A stretch of 61,978 nucleotides of DNA, the filler included, from Sphacelaria rigidula (taxonomy: Eukaryota), in the NCBI GenBank assembly GCA_964200075.2. It is 10 parts of 10 records of this genome, joined end to end, with 100 filler letters (N's around TTAATTAATTAA, not from the genome) between each part and the next. Parts side by side here need not be neighbours in the genome. Positions count along the whole stretch, not along the records: positions 18,627 to 24,734 come from CAXNAA020022171.1; positions 24,835 to 30,942 come from CAXNAA020022172.1; positions 31,043 to 37,150 come from CAXNAA020022173.1; 7 more parts are not named here. One strand, 5' to 3'. Position 1 is the stretch's first letter, and each line of letters starts with the position of its first letter. The notes under the pieces are model-generated. The model saw only the letters and a list, made by a program, of their open reading frames with translations, did not search any database and was not told the origin of the DNA. Positions 24,541 through 37,110 of the stretch are shown here, one piece after another. The position numbers and the translations under genes were made by a program.

Positions 24541-25776
24541 TACACGTGAAAAACGGTGTACATTCTCATCGCTAGTCGGCCAAAAAGGTTACTCCTACAA
24601 GCCTTTTCTCGTTCAAATAACGTACGAGGAGGCTCATGAAGGGGAGGCGGGCGCGCGCGCGCGGGGGTGCACTCATGATCATGCATGCCATAGTCATCAG
24701 ACCATTGACCTCGCATCCCTACAATGCCGGGACGNNNNNNNNNNNNNNNNNNNNNNNNNNNNNNNNNNNNNNNNNNNNTTAATTAATTAANNNNNNNNNN
24801 NNNNNNNNNNNNNNNNNNNNNNNNNNNNNNNNNNACTGAAACGATTCATTCACTGATTGGCCGCTTTTCACTCTCAATTGTATCATCTACTCTTAATCTC
24901 ACGAAAACACTGTTCATGGCATGTTGATCGTGCGGAGCTTCTCGGCTCTGACGGGCTAGATCGGTGTGTACGGTACACAGCGTAGAGCGTATGCAGCGGG
25001 AGGGGGCGCGGCATCGGCATAGGGAACACGTGGCCGCGCCCGTTCTGGGCTTGTCCCCCGTGGACGAAGATGGCCCCACTTTTGCGTGACCATCTAGAGA
25101 TGTATAGTAGCTCCAGATGCCCTTGTTGGGGTTCGCTTTGTCCTCCGTCCGCAGATTTTGCTATGTTAAAGTTATGATCCGCTCCGAAGTTGCTTGGGGA
25201 GTATTTTAGCTGCGAACAACTACTATACTACCTTATTACGTCATCTTCCAAGAGGCACCTCCCAAAACTGACTATTATTCTTTCGTATCACCTATTTTTG
25301 TCGTATTCATCATTCTTCATTTTCATTCACGAGTAAAAGTCACACCTACAGCTCGCCCCTGGAGCCATGTACCCGTCGGCATAGGAGTGATGCGCGTATT
25401 GTACGCGGTTACCTGGGAATTGTCTAGTCTGTATTTTCCGACCACGGGACGCAATGCATGCGCTGATGCAGGAGAGCCAAAATAAGAAACAACAGTTCAG
25501 GTTTCAAGTTTCTCCTTAAATTTCTGAGGCATGCAGATGGGCTCCGCGCCCATAGGGTAACCTGTGCATTAATGTTTTGCGTGATGTGAGGAAGGCCAAC
25601 GCAGGATTTTTTACCTTTTTGGTTTTTTAGCTCTCCACCTTCCTCCTGTGGTGCTTGCCTTTATTTTTTAATGGCGAGAGGGTTCAGCAGCCCCTTTCCT
25701 TTGTCGACCCTGAAGTGGAATTTTGTGTACCCACGACATAGTCGTGAACTCAAAATACATGTTGTTGTTGTGTAGT

Positions 25777-26952
25777 CAGGCCCTGACTTCTAAAGCACGC
25801 CGAAGACGTGCCTAAGGCAAATGAATGAGGGTCTGCCGCAGGCGAAAAAATTAGGGGTCGGTCGGGAAAAATTAAGGTAATAATGCCTTAGACCGGATTT
25901 CATGCCTTAGATGCCTCAAATGGACGAGGCATGATGCCTTAGATTTGCCTTAGTTCCGTTCCGCTCTTTGTTCACTCTAGGCAAGGCCGACTAAGCCCTA
26001 TCTGTGGTGCCAATTAAAATACGAGTGTTGCGCGTAGCATGTAGCACGTGCATGCGCCGTGGCGTAGCTGCGTGCAAAATTTATTTCATGTCTGGCATGA
26101 TCACAAAGAGGTGCTTGCGCCAAAATCAAAGTATCGAGGTATGTTCCCATTTTTTCGAGACCGAACTCAAGCGCTCTCGATTCCTGCTACTTTGTACGAT
26201 ATTAATTTATCATGATATTATGAAATTCATTACTTAAAGGTCGTTACACCACAGACGGGAATAAGGCGCATAAAGCGCTCCTCATGTGCGCTGAAAAAGC
26301 TTGAAGCAGGGCTTGAAAAATACTAAAAGCTTACAAAAAAGAAATAAGGGGAGCTTAACTTATTACTACTACATAATCAATAATAAATATATCTATTAAA
26401 GGTTGTTTGAGGATGGATGGTTGGATGGTTGGATGGTTGGATGATTGGATGGGATTGAATTATATTTTTTGGACAAGGATCGGGGACGGGGCTGCTGCCG
26501 GCGGCTGCGCTTCCGGATGCTGCAGCGGTGTCTCGGAAGCGGCAGCGGGAGCGGTAGCTGGAGCGGTGGATGATGCAGCAGCTGCAGAACCAGCAGCGCT
26601 TCAACCCTCAACCGAAGACGATCCCGCTGGACTGTCAGAATGGTGGTATCCTAGCAGCAGTACGCGACTGCAAGGCAGTGCAGTACAGTAGCTTGACGTT
26701 GAAGATGATCTGCTGTCTGCTTGTCGCTGTGTGATTTTTAGAAAAGGAGGCCCGTACGAGAAATAACCCCAAACCCCTTCTTTATAGAAGTTGGCGTTTG
26801 TTTGTGCTTGCCTTATTCCCGTTTTCGTGATACCGAGGCTTGCCTTCGCCCACACAAGGCATCTCAGACGCCATAACCCCCTCTCAGGCAACCCCTTTCT
26901 GAAAAGGGGCTCTGAGTCAAAAAGTAAAGCACCACTTAGAAGTCAGGGCCTA
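25777..26952. mobile_element. Non-autonomous hAT-like transposon
   Basis: 17-bp TIR (C/T)AGGCCCTGACTTCTAA; 8-bp TSD TGTGTAGT/CGTGTAGT; subterminal TGCCTTAG repeats. Confidence 0.85.
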
Positions 26953-27217
26953 CGTGTAGTACTTACTGGTAGCTTGTTTCTCCGAGACCGTCGGGGTGTG
27001 TTTTCGGAGGTTTCAAAGTTTTCGTTGGGTGTTTGACGAGTCGATGATCCTTCCCGAAATCAGTGGGCGTCCGAAAATAAGGTCGTAAATGGCACGGGAA
27101 TCCTCTCTGAAAGACGTACAACAAGACTCTCCGAGGTGGCGCAACCCGCAATGCCCCGTACTACTGTGCCGTACTCCGGCGAGAACTGGCGCTGTATCGC
27201 CCAACCTGTCTTTTTCA

Positions 27218-27331
27218 CACGGGTGGCCACTAGGGTGCCTGCAACCTCAAATTTGGACGTTACAGACTTTGCACCAGGTCTGTAACGTCCAAATTTGAGG
27301 TTACAGGCACCCCAGCCAGTGGCCACCCGTG
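27218..27331. mobile_element. Palindromic MITE-like hairpin (~114 bp)
   Basis: Arms of ~50 bp, cacgggtggccact...aacctcaaatttggacgttacagac and gtctgtaacgtccaaatttgaggtt...agtggccacccgtg; no clear TSD. Confidence 0.75.
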
Positions 27332-28930
27332 AGCTGTTTTCATACCGTCGATGAAAATTCCCGCGAACTGTCGCGCTACGATGTCACGACCCGTTTTTGC
27401 CGCACATCATCCACACACCGATGCATTAAGCTCTTCTTAACGAGTGTTTCTCCAGCGCCGAAAGCCGATGTGCGCGTCCCAGCAGTACCAACTACCCAGA
27501 CACACAACCAAAACCATGTGCAGGGAAAGACACCATGCATCACCAGCCGAAAATTTCAGGCAAGATTGCGCTCCATCATCTTCAGAAGGAAATTCATACT
27601 GGATGCCGTCGCGATGGGGGATAATAGATATATCACATTTGTTGCCCATATTCAGGGCTTTCATTCAAGCTATCGATCGCTGCTGAACTCCTGATATATC
27701 AAGATATGTGTTCACATATGATCGGCACCAAATCACACTTGTTTGAATTTGTTGTAGTTCTAATCACGAAAATGACTGACGACCTACGCAATTTAATTCA
27801 ATGCTATTTATTTAATTCAATGCAGAGGTTACCCTATGGTCGCGGAGCCTGCAGGTGGCAAGTACATCGCACGAGGTGACGAGCTGAGTCAATCGCGACA
27901 AGCCGAACGACAGTAGTAGCAGCGGCAGCTTCAACGGAATCAACAATAAGAGGAACGATAGCTTCATCCATTCTTATATGAGGAATCGATCGTAACAAGG
28001 TGGGTCACGCGCGTGAACCCCCCAGCAAAGTTTTCTTCTGACTGTTGTAGTTGGGCCCATCTTGCCTGCTTCGTCGTGCTCCGTTCATGGCCCTGAGCAG
28101 TAGGCCGCGGGCGCCGTTTTTTCGCCATCGTACTTATCGATGATGGTGCTTGCCCTCGCCAGCGTTCATGAACGCCAATCACGGGTATACCGATCTGGCC
28201 ATTTTTGTATGTCTGATATTTCTTTCCTCCTACTCTTCGCACCACGGTGCGTGAAGCAGGATTCGCAATGTTGTACTGTAGTCAACCGGTGGGCTCTTGC
28301 GGTTTATCATGTGTTCGTCTCGAGAAAGCAGCAAGTTAAATGATACAGTAAAACAGTAAAGCAGTGCAGTCTACAGCCAGTACTTCCAAGTATCCAGTGC
28401 CTTTAAGAATAGATGGTTGCAAAGAGCAGTTTGATGTTCATCGCGGGGCAGCGATGCGCGTGGACTCGAGCTTTAACCCCCGCTGGGCGATGTCGCCCTT
28501 AAGCGGTAGTAGATGGGATCGGGATCGATCCGACATAGTCTTCGCGCCGTTTCCTGATTATCCGTGAGAGGAAAATAGAGCCTACTGTACTGTACTGTAT
28601 ACTAGTGAGTTCCAACAGTTTCAACGAGATCCTGGTAACAAGATCCTGGTACGGTAACTCAATGTGTACCGAGTCCGTGCTGCTGGCCCCGATCGATGTG
28701 CATTTGGTCTTTTTGCACACTCCTCAATCGGATCGCTTGCACGGAACGCGGCTAGATCGCGTGTATGCTGATCACTGTTGACGGTAATCCGCTCACCACG
28801 CGACCCTCGATTGTTGCGCGCTTCATGGATCGGCCCTGGGGTAATGGTTTTTTGGTACAGCGTCCACATTTACAAAAGGCCTCTGCACTCTTTTTTTTAA
28901 TGTGAAGACAAGAACAACAACAACAACAAG

Positions 28931-28962
<32 letters not shown>

Positions 28963-29478
28963 CTCTGGACGTATGCACCCCGCATCATGACTGCGGGCTG
29001 GTTCACCCCTGTCACCCAAAATTGTGTCATCACCAAAAAAAATAAAATGCCTTCCGCAATACCAACCCAATATTCGCACACATGGTATTACTGCACACTG
29101 ACCGCAATGAACAGGTGAAGAGGGTGACATAACCGGATTTATGCGTATAGGCCATAACGGTGGCGCTTACTCGTAGAGTGAAGAGGTACCTCCATCAATC
29201 AACGGCCTTCAAACTGTTCTGAAATTGAAAATACGAATTCTCAACCCATTTCCCACCCAATCTCCACATAATAAACCGAATTGTAGTGATCACCATTAGC
29301 TTGACAATTGAACAGCAAGATATAGATTTGGAAGCGGTTATCATGGGATCGAGTTACACTCCAAATAATAGTGGTATTTCGGTGACGTGGGGTTTTGGCG
29401 TCACCTGATTGCTGTTGATGATACGGGCGACAACCCATGAAGATTTCTTCTTATACAAGCTTATTCAGATTGAATGGG

Positions 29479-30026
29479 ATTTCCTCACGCCGTTTTCCGA
29501 CTTAGACCACGAAAATTTGCACACATGTTCTTGAGGGCACTATCTAAAACTCGGAGACCGTTTTTTTTGTTGGAGTTGAGATAGTCGGGGTCTGACCCCT
29601 CCCCCGGTCAACAAGTAGGTCAACCGCGACCTTGGATAAAAAACCGCCAAAGAAAAAATTTAAAAAATACTTCGGTTTTCGTCTTCGAGTTGAGTGATAC
29701 TACGGTAGGTAGGGGTGCACAAATATTTTCTGAGGTTAGAATTGTCAGGACCCCTTTATCTCATGCAAAACACGACCTTTGAAAATGAGTGAAATGACGC
29801 CAGACTTACTACTCCAATGTGCTGGCTATATCCCGAATGAATTTGCAAACGGGAATGCCCTGACCCATATTTTTGTGCATCTAGAATCGTTAGGAGGCAT
29901 TGAACTAGACATAATTTCGCGAAAAAAGTGCACCCCTACCGTAGCATTGCTCAGTTTTAGATAGTGCCCTCCAGAACATGTGTGCAATTCGTCGTGGTCT
30001 AACCCGAAAAAACGGCGTGAGGAAAT
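29479..30026. repeat. Inverted-repeat (foldback) structure enclosing a ~250-bp TIR unit
   Basis: Arms 29479-29551 and 29953-30026; inner unit ~29696-29947 with ctacggtaggggtgcac-type ends recurs at ~52932-53178. Confidence 0.75.
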
Positions 30027-33000
30027 GCCAAAACGTGCGCTGAAGTATAAAAAAGTCAGTAATTACTTGATTAAAGTACAGAATCGCCCTTTTCGGTGGT
30101 TGTTTTCACGGTAAAAGACCCAGCCGATTCAGTTTTTCGGGTTGAGCAACGAAAATTGGTATACATACATGTTCCTTGAGATACCACCTAACCCTGAGAT
30201 GTCAAAATTTTGGTGTTGGGGCCTTCTCTACCGGTTTCCTGGGGTCTTTATGCTGGGACCCCCGGAAGCCGGTAGAGAACAGATAAACTTTGAAATCTTG
30301 CCAAGAATATATATTTTTCATATGGAGCATCAATACCTACGGAAGAGCCAAGTTTGAGGATGATCTGAGCTTTTCTCTAACAGATACAAGGGAAATCGTC
30401 TCGAGGCTCCGTGGGTCTTTCGTATGTATCACGAGTGGAAATTAGACGACGCCAAAGCTCCACATAACCGAAACAGGAAGGTTTTGGGCAAAATTCGACC
30501 CCGTTGTAACCGTTTTCAAATCTGTTTCTCCCGGTAGATTCCCAAGTTGATAACGGTTACTACGATTTGAACCATGTGGAGATTCGGTGAAAATTGAACT
30601 TGGAATTCCTGTTTTCAATTTCGGAACAGTTTGAAAGGCGCTGATTGGTCGATACATATTTTTGTCCATAGCGCCACCTCTATAGCCTTGAACAAAAATC
30701 CGGCTATCTCACCCTTTTTGTCTGTTCATCGCGGTCAGTATGATACCACGTTTGTGCATATTGGCTGGGTATTGCGTTCAACACGATATTCGTGAGATTC
30801 AGAGGGTAGTTTCAGATTCAGAGTGGATGCTCTAGCGTTCCTAACAGGCAACTTTTTTTTTTTTTTGCGTGAGCACACGTACTGTGCATGCAGCTACCGT
30901 ACAGTACCCTATTCGAGGAATTCGGCGGTCTGGTTGGTGAGANNNNNNNNNNNNNNNNNNNNNNNNNNNNNNNNNNNNNNNNNNNNTTAATTAATTAANN
31001 NNNNNNNNNNNNNNNNNNNNNNNNNNNNNNNNNNNNNNNNNNTCTATTTTCTGCTCTTGGCATATCAGTGCCCGCATCTCTTTGGAATTGTGTTTGAACA
31101 AGACGGCTGACTTTCATAAAAACAGTTGAACCTACTTTTGGGAATAGAGTGAAGACTTCTACCCTGACAGTCCTGTTTGGAGCACTCCACTCTGAAAATC
31201 GATGTGCTTCTTCAAACTTCACAGCGGGACGAAAAAGAAACACCCCCAGCTCCACCACCATTATTGTCACAGCCAGTTCAAAATCAATATATCCTGACAA
31301 CCAAAGTGGAATATACATCACAACTGTCATGCGTATCACATTCGACAAGTCACAAAGCAGCAACCCTCGGCATCGCAGTTAAAGGGGATCCCTGCCACCA
31401 GCCTTCGTTTGGTTGTGTTGCATGAAATTGAGATGCCCGGCGATCACAAGACCCCGTTGCCTTGGGTACAGCTCGTCACTCCTGCCAGCCTCAGCTGGAA
31501 GATGGGATGAACGACTCAAAGTCTGCAGCGCAGGAGCAGTACCGCACCTGGTTACATTGCCATTCCGGTAGAGGTCGTGACGGCTTGCACCACCGTTATG
31601 GGTCGCATCTTAGACATCATTGCAATGCGGCTTCGTCTGCTGTTTGGAAGTAACAGCGGATCATTGAAATTGAGGATGGAGCTTTTCATCGAGGATGAGA
31701 ACCCGGAAAATAAAATCTTCGTATCCACACCAAATCTTCGAAATTCGGTTCCGTTCCTTCACCCACTGGTAGTTGTTGACAACCACCACACGCCCTACAA
31801 ATTTGGATCTCGACAACCAGAGTGTTGGGGTCCCAGGTGAAGAAACGAGATTTGGGGAATTTAGATGATCCGATCGGATCGCCCACATTCCCCCTGAAAA
31901 TGTTTCACTTCGGACCCCAACATTTCGGTTCTCGAAATCCACATTGCTATTGCGTGTAGTAGTTGTCAATAGCTACTAGTAGGTGAAGAAATGGAATCGT
32001 ATCTCGAAGATTTGGTGTGCATACGAAGGTTACATGTCCGGGGTTCCCATCCTCAATGAAAAGCTCCATCCCCAAGTTCGATGATCGGCTGTGAAGTGCT
32101 GCCGTACTGTACTGTCTTTACGGTATCGCTGTATTTGATCGTACCGCAATGTACTGCAGTGTTCTGCATTGTACTGTCTGTACTGCACTGTCTGTACTGT
32201 ATACTGTACAGCACTACAGTGCCCTGTAGTGCACCGTAGTGCGGTAAAGTAGTGCAAGTGCAGTGAAGCGCAGTGCATGGTATGGTACGGTGCCACAGGG
32301 ACGGTACAGGCGGTGCTGTGCGGATCTGTGCATTTTCGAACTGGACGCTGGTCGATCGCACATGCGGCGGGGCAACCTGCGGCAAGTCACTGCGACGAAA
32401 ACCCCATGTCAAGCCACGTCACATCAGCTTTCGCTATGAAATTTCCACACCTTGGACAATGTATGGCCAATAGTTGCAATAGACAAGAAATATATTGCTT
32501 CAAGTATAGGCCTATTGCAACTGTTGTCGGCCTGGACTTTCAAAAGCTTTCACTCTGAAGTTCATCCATCCCGATTCTGATACTAATTTTGATTTCTTCC
32601 GAAACTCTCTGTCAAGGATGGAGCGGAGAGTGACAAAAGCCACATCCATCCATGAGACTTCGGAAATAACCAAGGGAGCTCGTGACGACCTCTCCGACCA
32701 ACGTGTCTTCAGTTGCTGTGTCCCCATTATCCTTCTCCCCGTGTCATTCCACGGGACGAGTCATCAGCCTCAAGGGATCAACCCATCTGTCATACGGTGC
32801 GTACCTCGTTAGCCTCATCGAACATTGGGGCTGCACTCCCGCAGTCCCTCGACTTTCGCCTCACTGTCAAGTCGAGTTACCTCCTTACACTTTCCGTATG
32901 TTACGGCTGAGAACGTAAGTTCGAGTTTGAAGCCTTCATTGTGGCGCCTGTACGGATACGAGCGGCTTGACACAGACGGCATCGTATCGGGGACGTATTT

Positions 33001-34292
33001 GCACTTGGGCAACAACGACGTCATTTATCGTAGTTGTGGGAATGCAATTTTCGCTGTGTACAAACACTAAAGCCCTGTTGCATCAGCGCCGTGTCAAGGC
33101 TGGACTACTGAATTTCAGCCACTTCCCTGTCCGTCGTCTAGGCTTACGAGTGCAAGTGAATGTGGCGTAGGTGTTCTGAGTTAGAAAGAGATCATAGCCG
33201 CTCTTGACGCTGAACCCGAGCACGTGTGTCCTTGCAAGACGCGAAGGCGCGAGTGGTCAGGAACACATTGCGATTACGCTGATCTATCTTGCGAGTGGAT
33301 GTCACCTAAGCTCTACCAAGCATACGAGGTCTGAGGGGTCTAGCTGCAGAGGGGCTGTATAAGTGTGTGTATATGTGTATATATATATACTCTCTCTGAC
33401 CGAGAATATAAGCAAGATTTGGATTTCCGGCAAAACAAGCAAGGTTTCCATGATATGGAGAGAAGGGTGCCATTTGGGCATGGTGGACGTCGGACAACTT
33501 TGGTATACGATCACATAGCACATTGGGAAGCGAGCAAAAAACCCCGCTCGATGGGGGGGGGATGGTGCGCTACCATCCCCTGATCGGGGAAATGGCGGAA
33601 ATCTGGCGTCATTGCACCCAGCGACGTAACCCCTTCCTTGCTGCCGGCGAGCAGATAGGGAAATACCTCTTCTCTCTCCGGAACGTTGAAATTCTTGCGG
33701 TCAGAGGGAGTATATATAAATGGTGGTCCAAGCACGATGTCAAGCACGGTGTCAGCAGAATACATGAAAGGTCTTCACTTATAAACGTTTGTTCTCGCTC
33801 TCTACAAAGTGCATTAATTGGCTGGACGCGTCATTACAGCATCTTCATCACTAGCGCGGTGCAGTGGCACGAACCTGTTGATGATAAATCCGCCGATGCC
33901 GGGTCCAATGGTTGTCCTGACCATGCGTGTTGGGTCGGAAAGGAAGGAGTCGAGACATGGTCGTAGACGTTGGAAGGAAAGAGGCGGCCAAGGAGGGACA
34001 ACGAGGGTGCAGATAGTTTCGGAAGATCAGAAAGTACACTCAGCAGGCTCCGCGTTGTGTACAATGTTCGTCACAGCAACACGCGGGGAACTTGGTTTGG
34101 CTCCAACTTAGTAACGTATACCAGGCGTCCGTCCCTCACATCGTGTTGCACTTCCGACGTCAAACAACAAGACGAGCTGTCGCAGGGACACATACTCGGG
34201 TCCGTTTACCCCCCAAACGTGGTCTGACTCAAGCGATTTTCTCCCCACACTGTGTATTCGCATCTCATTTCTAACCTTGGCCCACCCCGCCT

Positions 34293-34856
34293 CCTGGTCC
34301 GGCGAAAACCCGGCGTGCGCCGTCCCGGCTTTGCAGGGATTGACTCCCCACGGGGTCGCCGTCGGTTAGCAACGACATTGTACAACACGCCACTCCTATC
34401 GTAAGCTAGGCAACCAGGTCACCGATGTTGTTTGAGCACTTGCATATTTTGTGCGGTACCAATGATGGTGACCGAGCTAAACCATACTATGTGGGGTGGG
34501 AGAAAGTCAATTTTGCGCAAAGGGTATGGCCAAACAACGTCATTTTTTAATGTTGAGACACCAAAAAAGCAGTGGGTAGGCCATGGCTGTCTCTAGAAAT
34601 CGCGATACTAAAAAATGAAGCAACTCCTTGGAGGCTGTAATCCATATGCAGGGTAATCAGAGTACGCTTCGGGTCGAATATCTTAGCAGGATGGAGCTCA
34701 CTTTTCATGCGACTCGCCGAGCACATCATGGCGCTTCGCGCTTGGTGAATGATTGCGAGCCTGGTTCGGCGAAACCCGGCGTTCTCCGTCCTGATTTTGT
34801 CGAGATGCGAGGTCAATGGTCAGATGACTATGGTATGCAAGATTATGAGTACACCC
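34293..34856 (+). mobile_element. Abundant unclassified repeat family with A-body-A-B structure, most complete copy
   Basis: A (CCTGGTCCGGCGAAAACCCGGCGTG..CCGTCCCGGCTTTG.AGGG) at 34293 and 34760; B (ATGCGAGGTCAATGGTCAGATGACTATGG...ATGAGTACACCC) follows only the second A; at least 11 copies or fragments in the window. Confidence 0.85.
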
Positions 34857-35104
34857 TCCCCCACTCCCCTTACAAAGAACCGTATATGAAATTGAAGGTA
34901 GGTGTTCTAGGAACCATGCGCGAAAAACGGTTCTCCACGATTAATCATGAGATGTCATTCATTTATATATCGTTTGAAACTGGCACACTCTGTACTACGC
35001 AAAATATGTTCATGATATTTGTTAGCCAATCATATTGGAGTATGTCAACATATTGCCAGCGTAATATGTTATTAGTACCCTGAGACTACACACGTGTTGC
35101 CCGC

Positions 35105-37110
35105 CCACTATATGTATATACACAAGAGTTTCGGCGGCTTCGCCGCCACGATTAGTGGGTCGACAGCCAAGATACATGAGCACCGGTGACAACTGTGTGC
35201 ATTGCGTGATGGCAAATGTCATAGTTTGGGAAGAAGCCATAGCCGTTCACCAGCTGAGCATGTGAGTGGCGATTCAATTTTGAGAATGATGCCGATATTC
35301 GCCCGTTAATGGTGCAAATAAGAACGAACATAGGTGTCCCGTTCACAAGGACACATACAAAACAACTCAACTCCATCAAAGGTGAACCTCGGGAACTCGT
35401 TGCCCCCGCACAAACGACAAACAGATAACTCGAGCATTAGCTGCTCATCATCCCAGCTGTGCGTGACCTAGTATAAATCTGTTCAGAGTTCAATGGGAAA
35501 TGATGATTTGTGTGAGACTCGCAAGAACCGGTGATGATTGTGTGCGTTGCGTAGCGGCACAAGTCATACTTCGAATAAAACGTCGTTGCTGCTCATCAGC
35601 TGAGCATGTTGAGGCAATTGTGCTCCAGACCCAAGCAGACGCAGAACGCATTCGCATGTCCAGCGAAATGCAGGCAAAGGGGTGTCAGCGAAAACTTGCA
35701 TGCTAGAATCAAGTGAAGACTCACACATCAATAAGTGGCACGTTGAGGCAGTTGTACTCCGGACCCAAGCAGACGGAGAACGCACTCTTATGTCCAGCAA
35801 AATGCAAGCGAAGGGGTATCAGCGAAACATTACATTCTTAATTCAAGTAAAGACGCACACATGAAAAAAATGATGCTAGTTCAACAGAAAAGCAAGTATC
35901 GCCCTGACTGGAGACAGAAAATGCATCATGCTTAGCAGTGCAGTGGACAGCCCTAAGCTACAGTACGGAAAAAAAAAAAATGATGATTTGCGCACCAATC
36001 GGTGATAATTGCGTGCGTTGCGTAGTGGCGCAGGTCATACTTTGAAGAGATACCGCAGTTGCTCATCAGCTGTGCACGTTGTTATCCCTTAGAGCTAGAC
36101 CGCGAGGATAGGTCATCTGGTCATGCAATGATTTTTTTAGTAAAACTGATGCTGATTCCACGGATGATTCATGGCCGCGGTCAAAGAGTTACCATGTCGC
36201 GCGAATCTGGTCAGAATCCAATGAGAAACTATCCGACAATATATGTGCCGTTGTTTTTTGGCGCGTCATGATAAAATAAATGCATGTAAGGTAGAGTGGC
36301 AGCAGCTACAACAGCAGCCCAGAGAATCAAGGGGAAGCCCAGTTGAAACGATACCACATGCGGGCAAGATCACAACATTCTCGAGGTGTGCCCCGAGAAG
36401 TGAACGGAGAGCCATGGCATACTGCCGTTTCGCCCAGTTCCGATTTAACCCATTCAACTGAGCACGATGCCGATTCAATTTTCACGTGAAAACGATGCCT
36501 GTTCCACGAATGAATGTGGCCTGTGTGCGGTCGAGAGGTGTCATATCGGACGAGCAAAAGGTTCCACCGACACGCCGAAAAAAACGTGCATCGAACGGAA
36601 CGCATCGCAACGTCAGAACAACATGTAGAACACAGGGCGGAAAGCCTATGCACTCGAAACCCAAGCAGAACCGGGAGGCACCGTAGGAGTCAGCGAAATG
36701 CAAACGAAGAGGCTGATGTGTACAATCAGCGAAAAGGTGTACTCTATATTCAAGTAAAGAAGAAATTCTGGCTTCTCAGAGCTTCATAGAACGAAATGGC
36801 TCCGAACATTATGTACTCTTAAACCAAGTGAAAAAATACAACATTCCGACACCCGTCTGCAGGTATGCAATTTGAGCCGAAATTTAACTGATGTAATCTT
36901 CATATCTATATATCTATATCGGTGTCGGGGGACTGCAAACATTTTTCCCGCCCAATATATATATATATACAAGGGGTTCGGCGGCTTCCGCCGCCACGCT
37001 CAATGAGATCGATAGCCAAGATACGTGAGGACCCGTCATCATTGCTCGCATTAGGTGACGGAACAGGTCATAGCTTCAAGTGCAGTATATTTCGCTGTGT
37101 GCATGTGGAG
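35105..37110. repeat. Complex degenerate internal repeats with GGCGGCTTCGCCGCC hairpin ends
   Basis: ccggtga..tg.gtgc.ttgcgt...gtcata...cagctg.gca unit at ~35180, 35525, 35995 and 37025; tatatac-aag-ttcggcggctt(c)cgccgccacg at ~35115 and ~36960. Confidence 0.65.
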
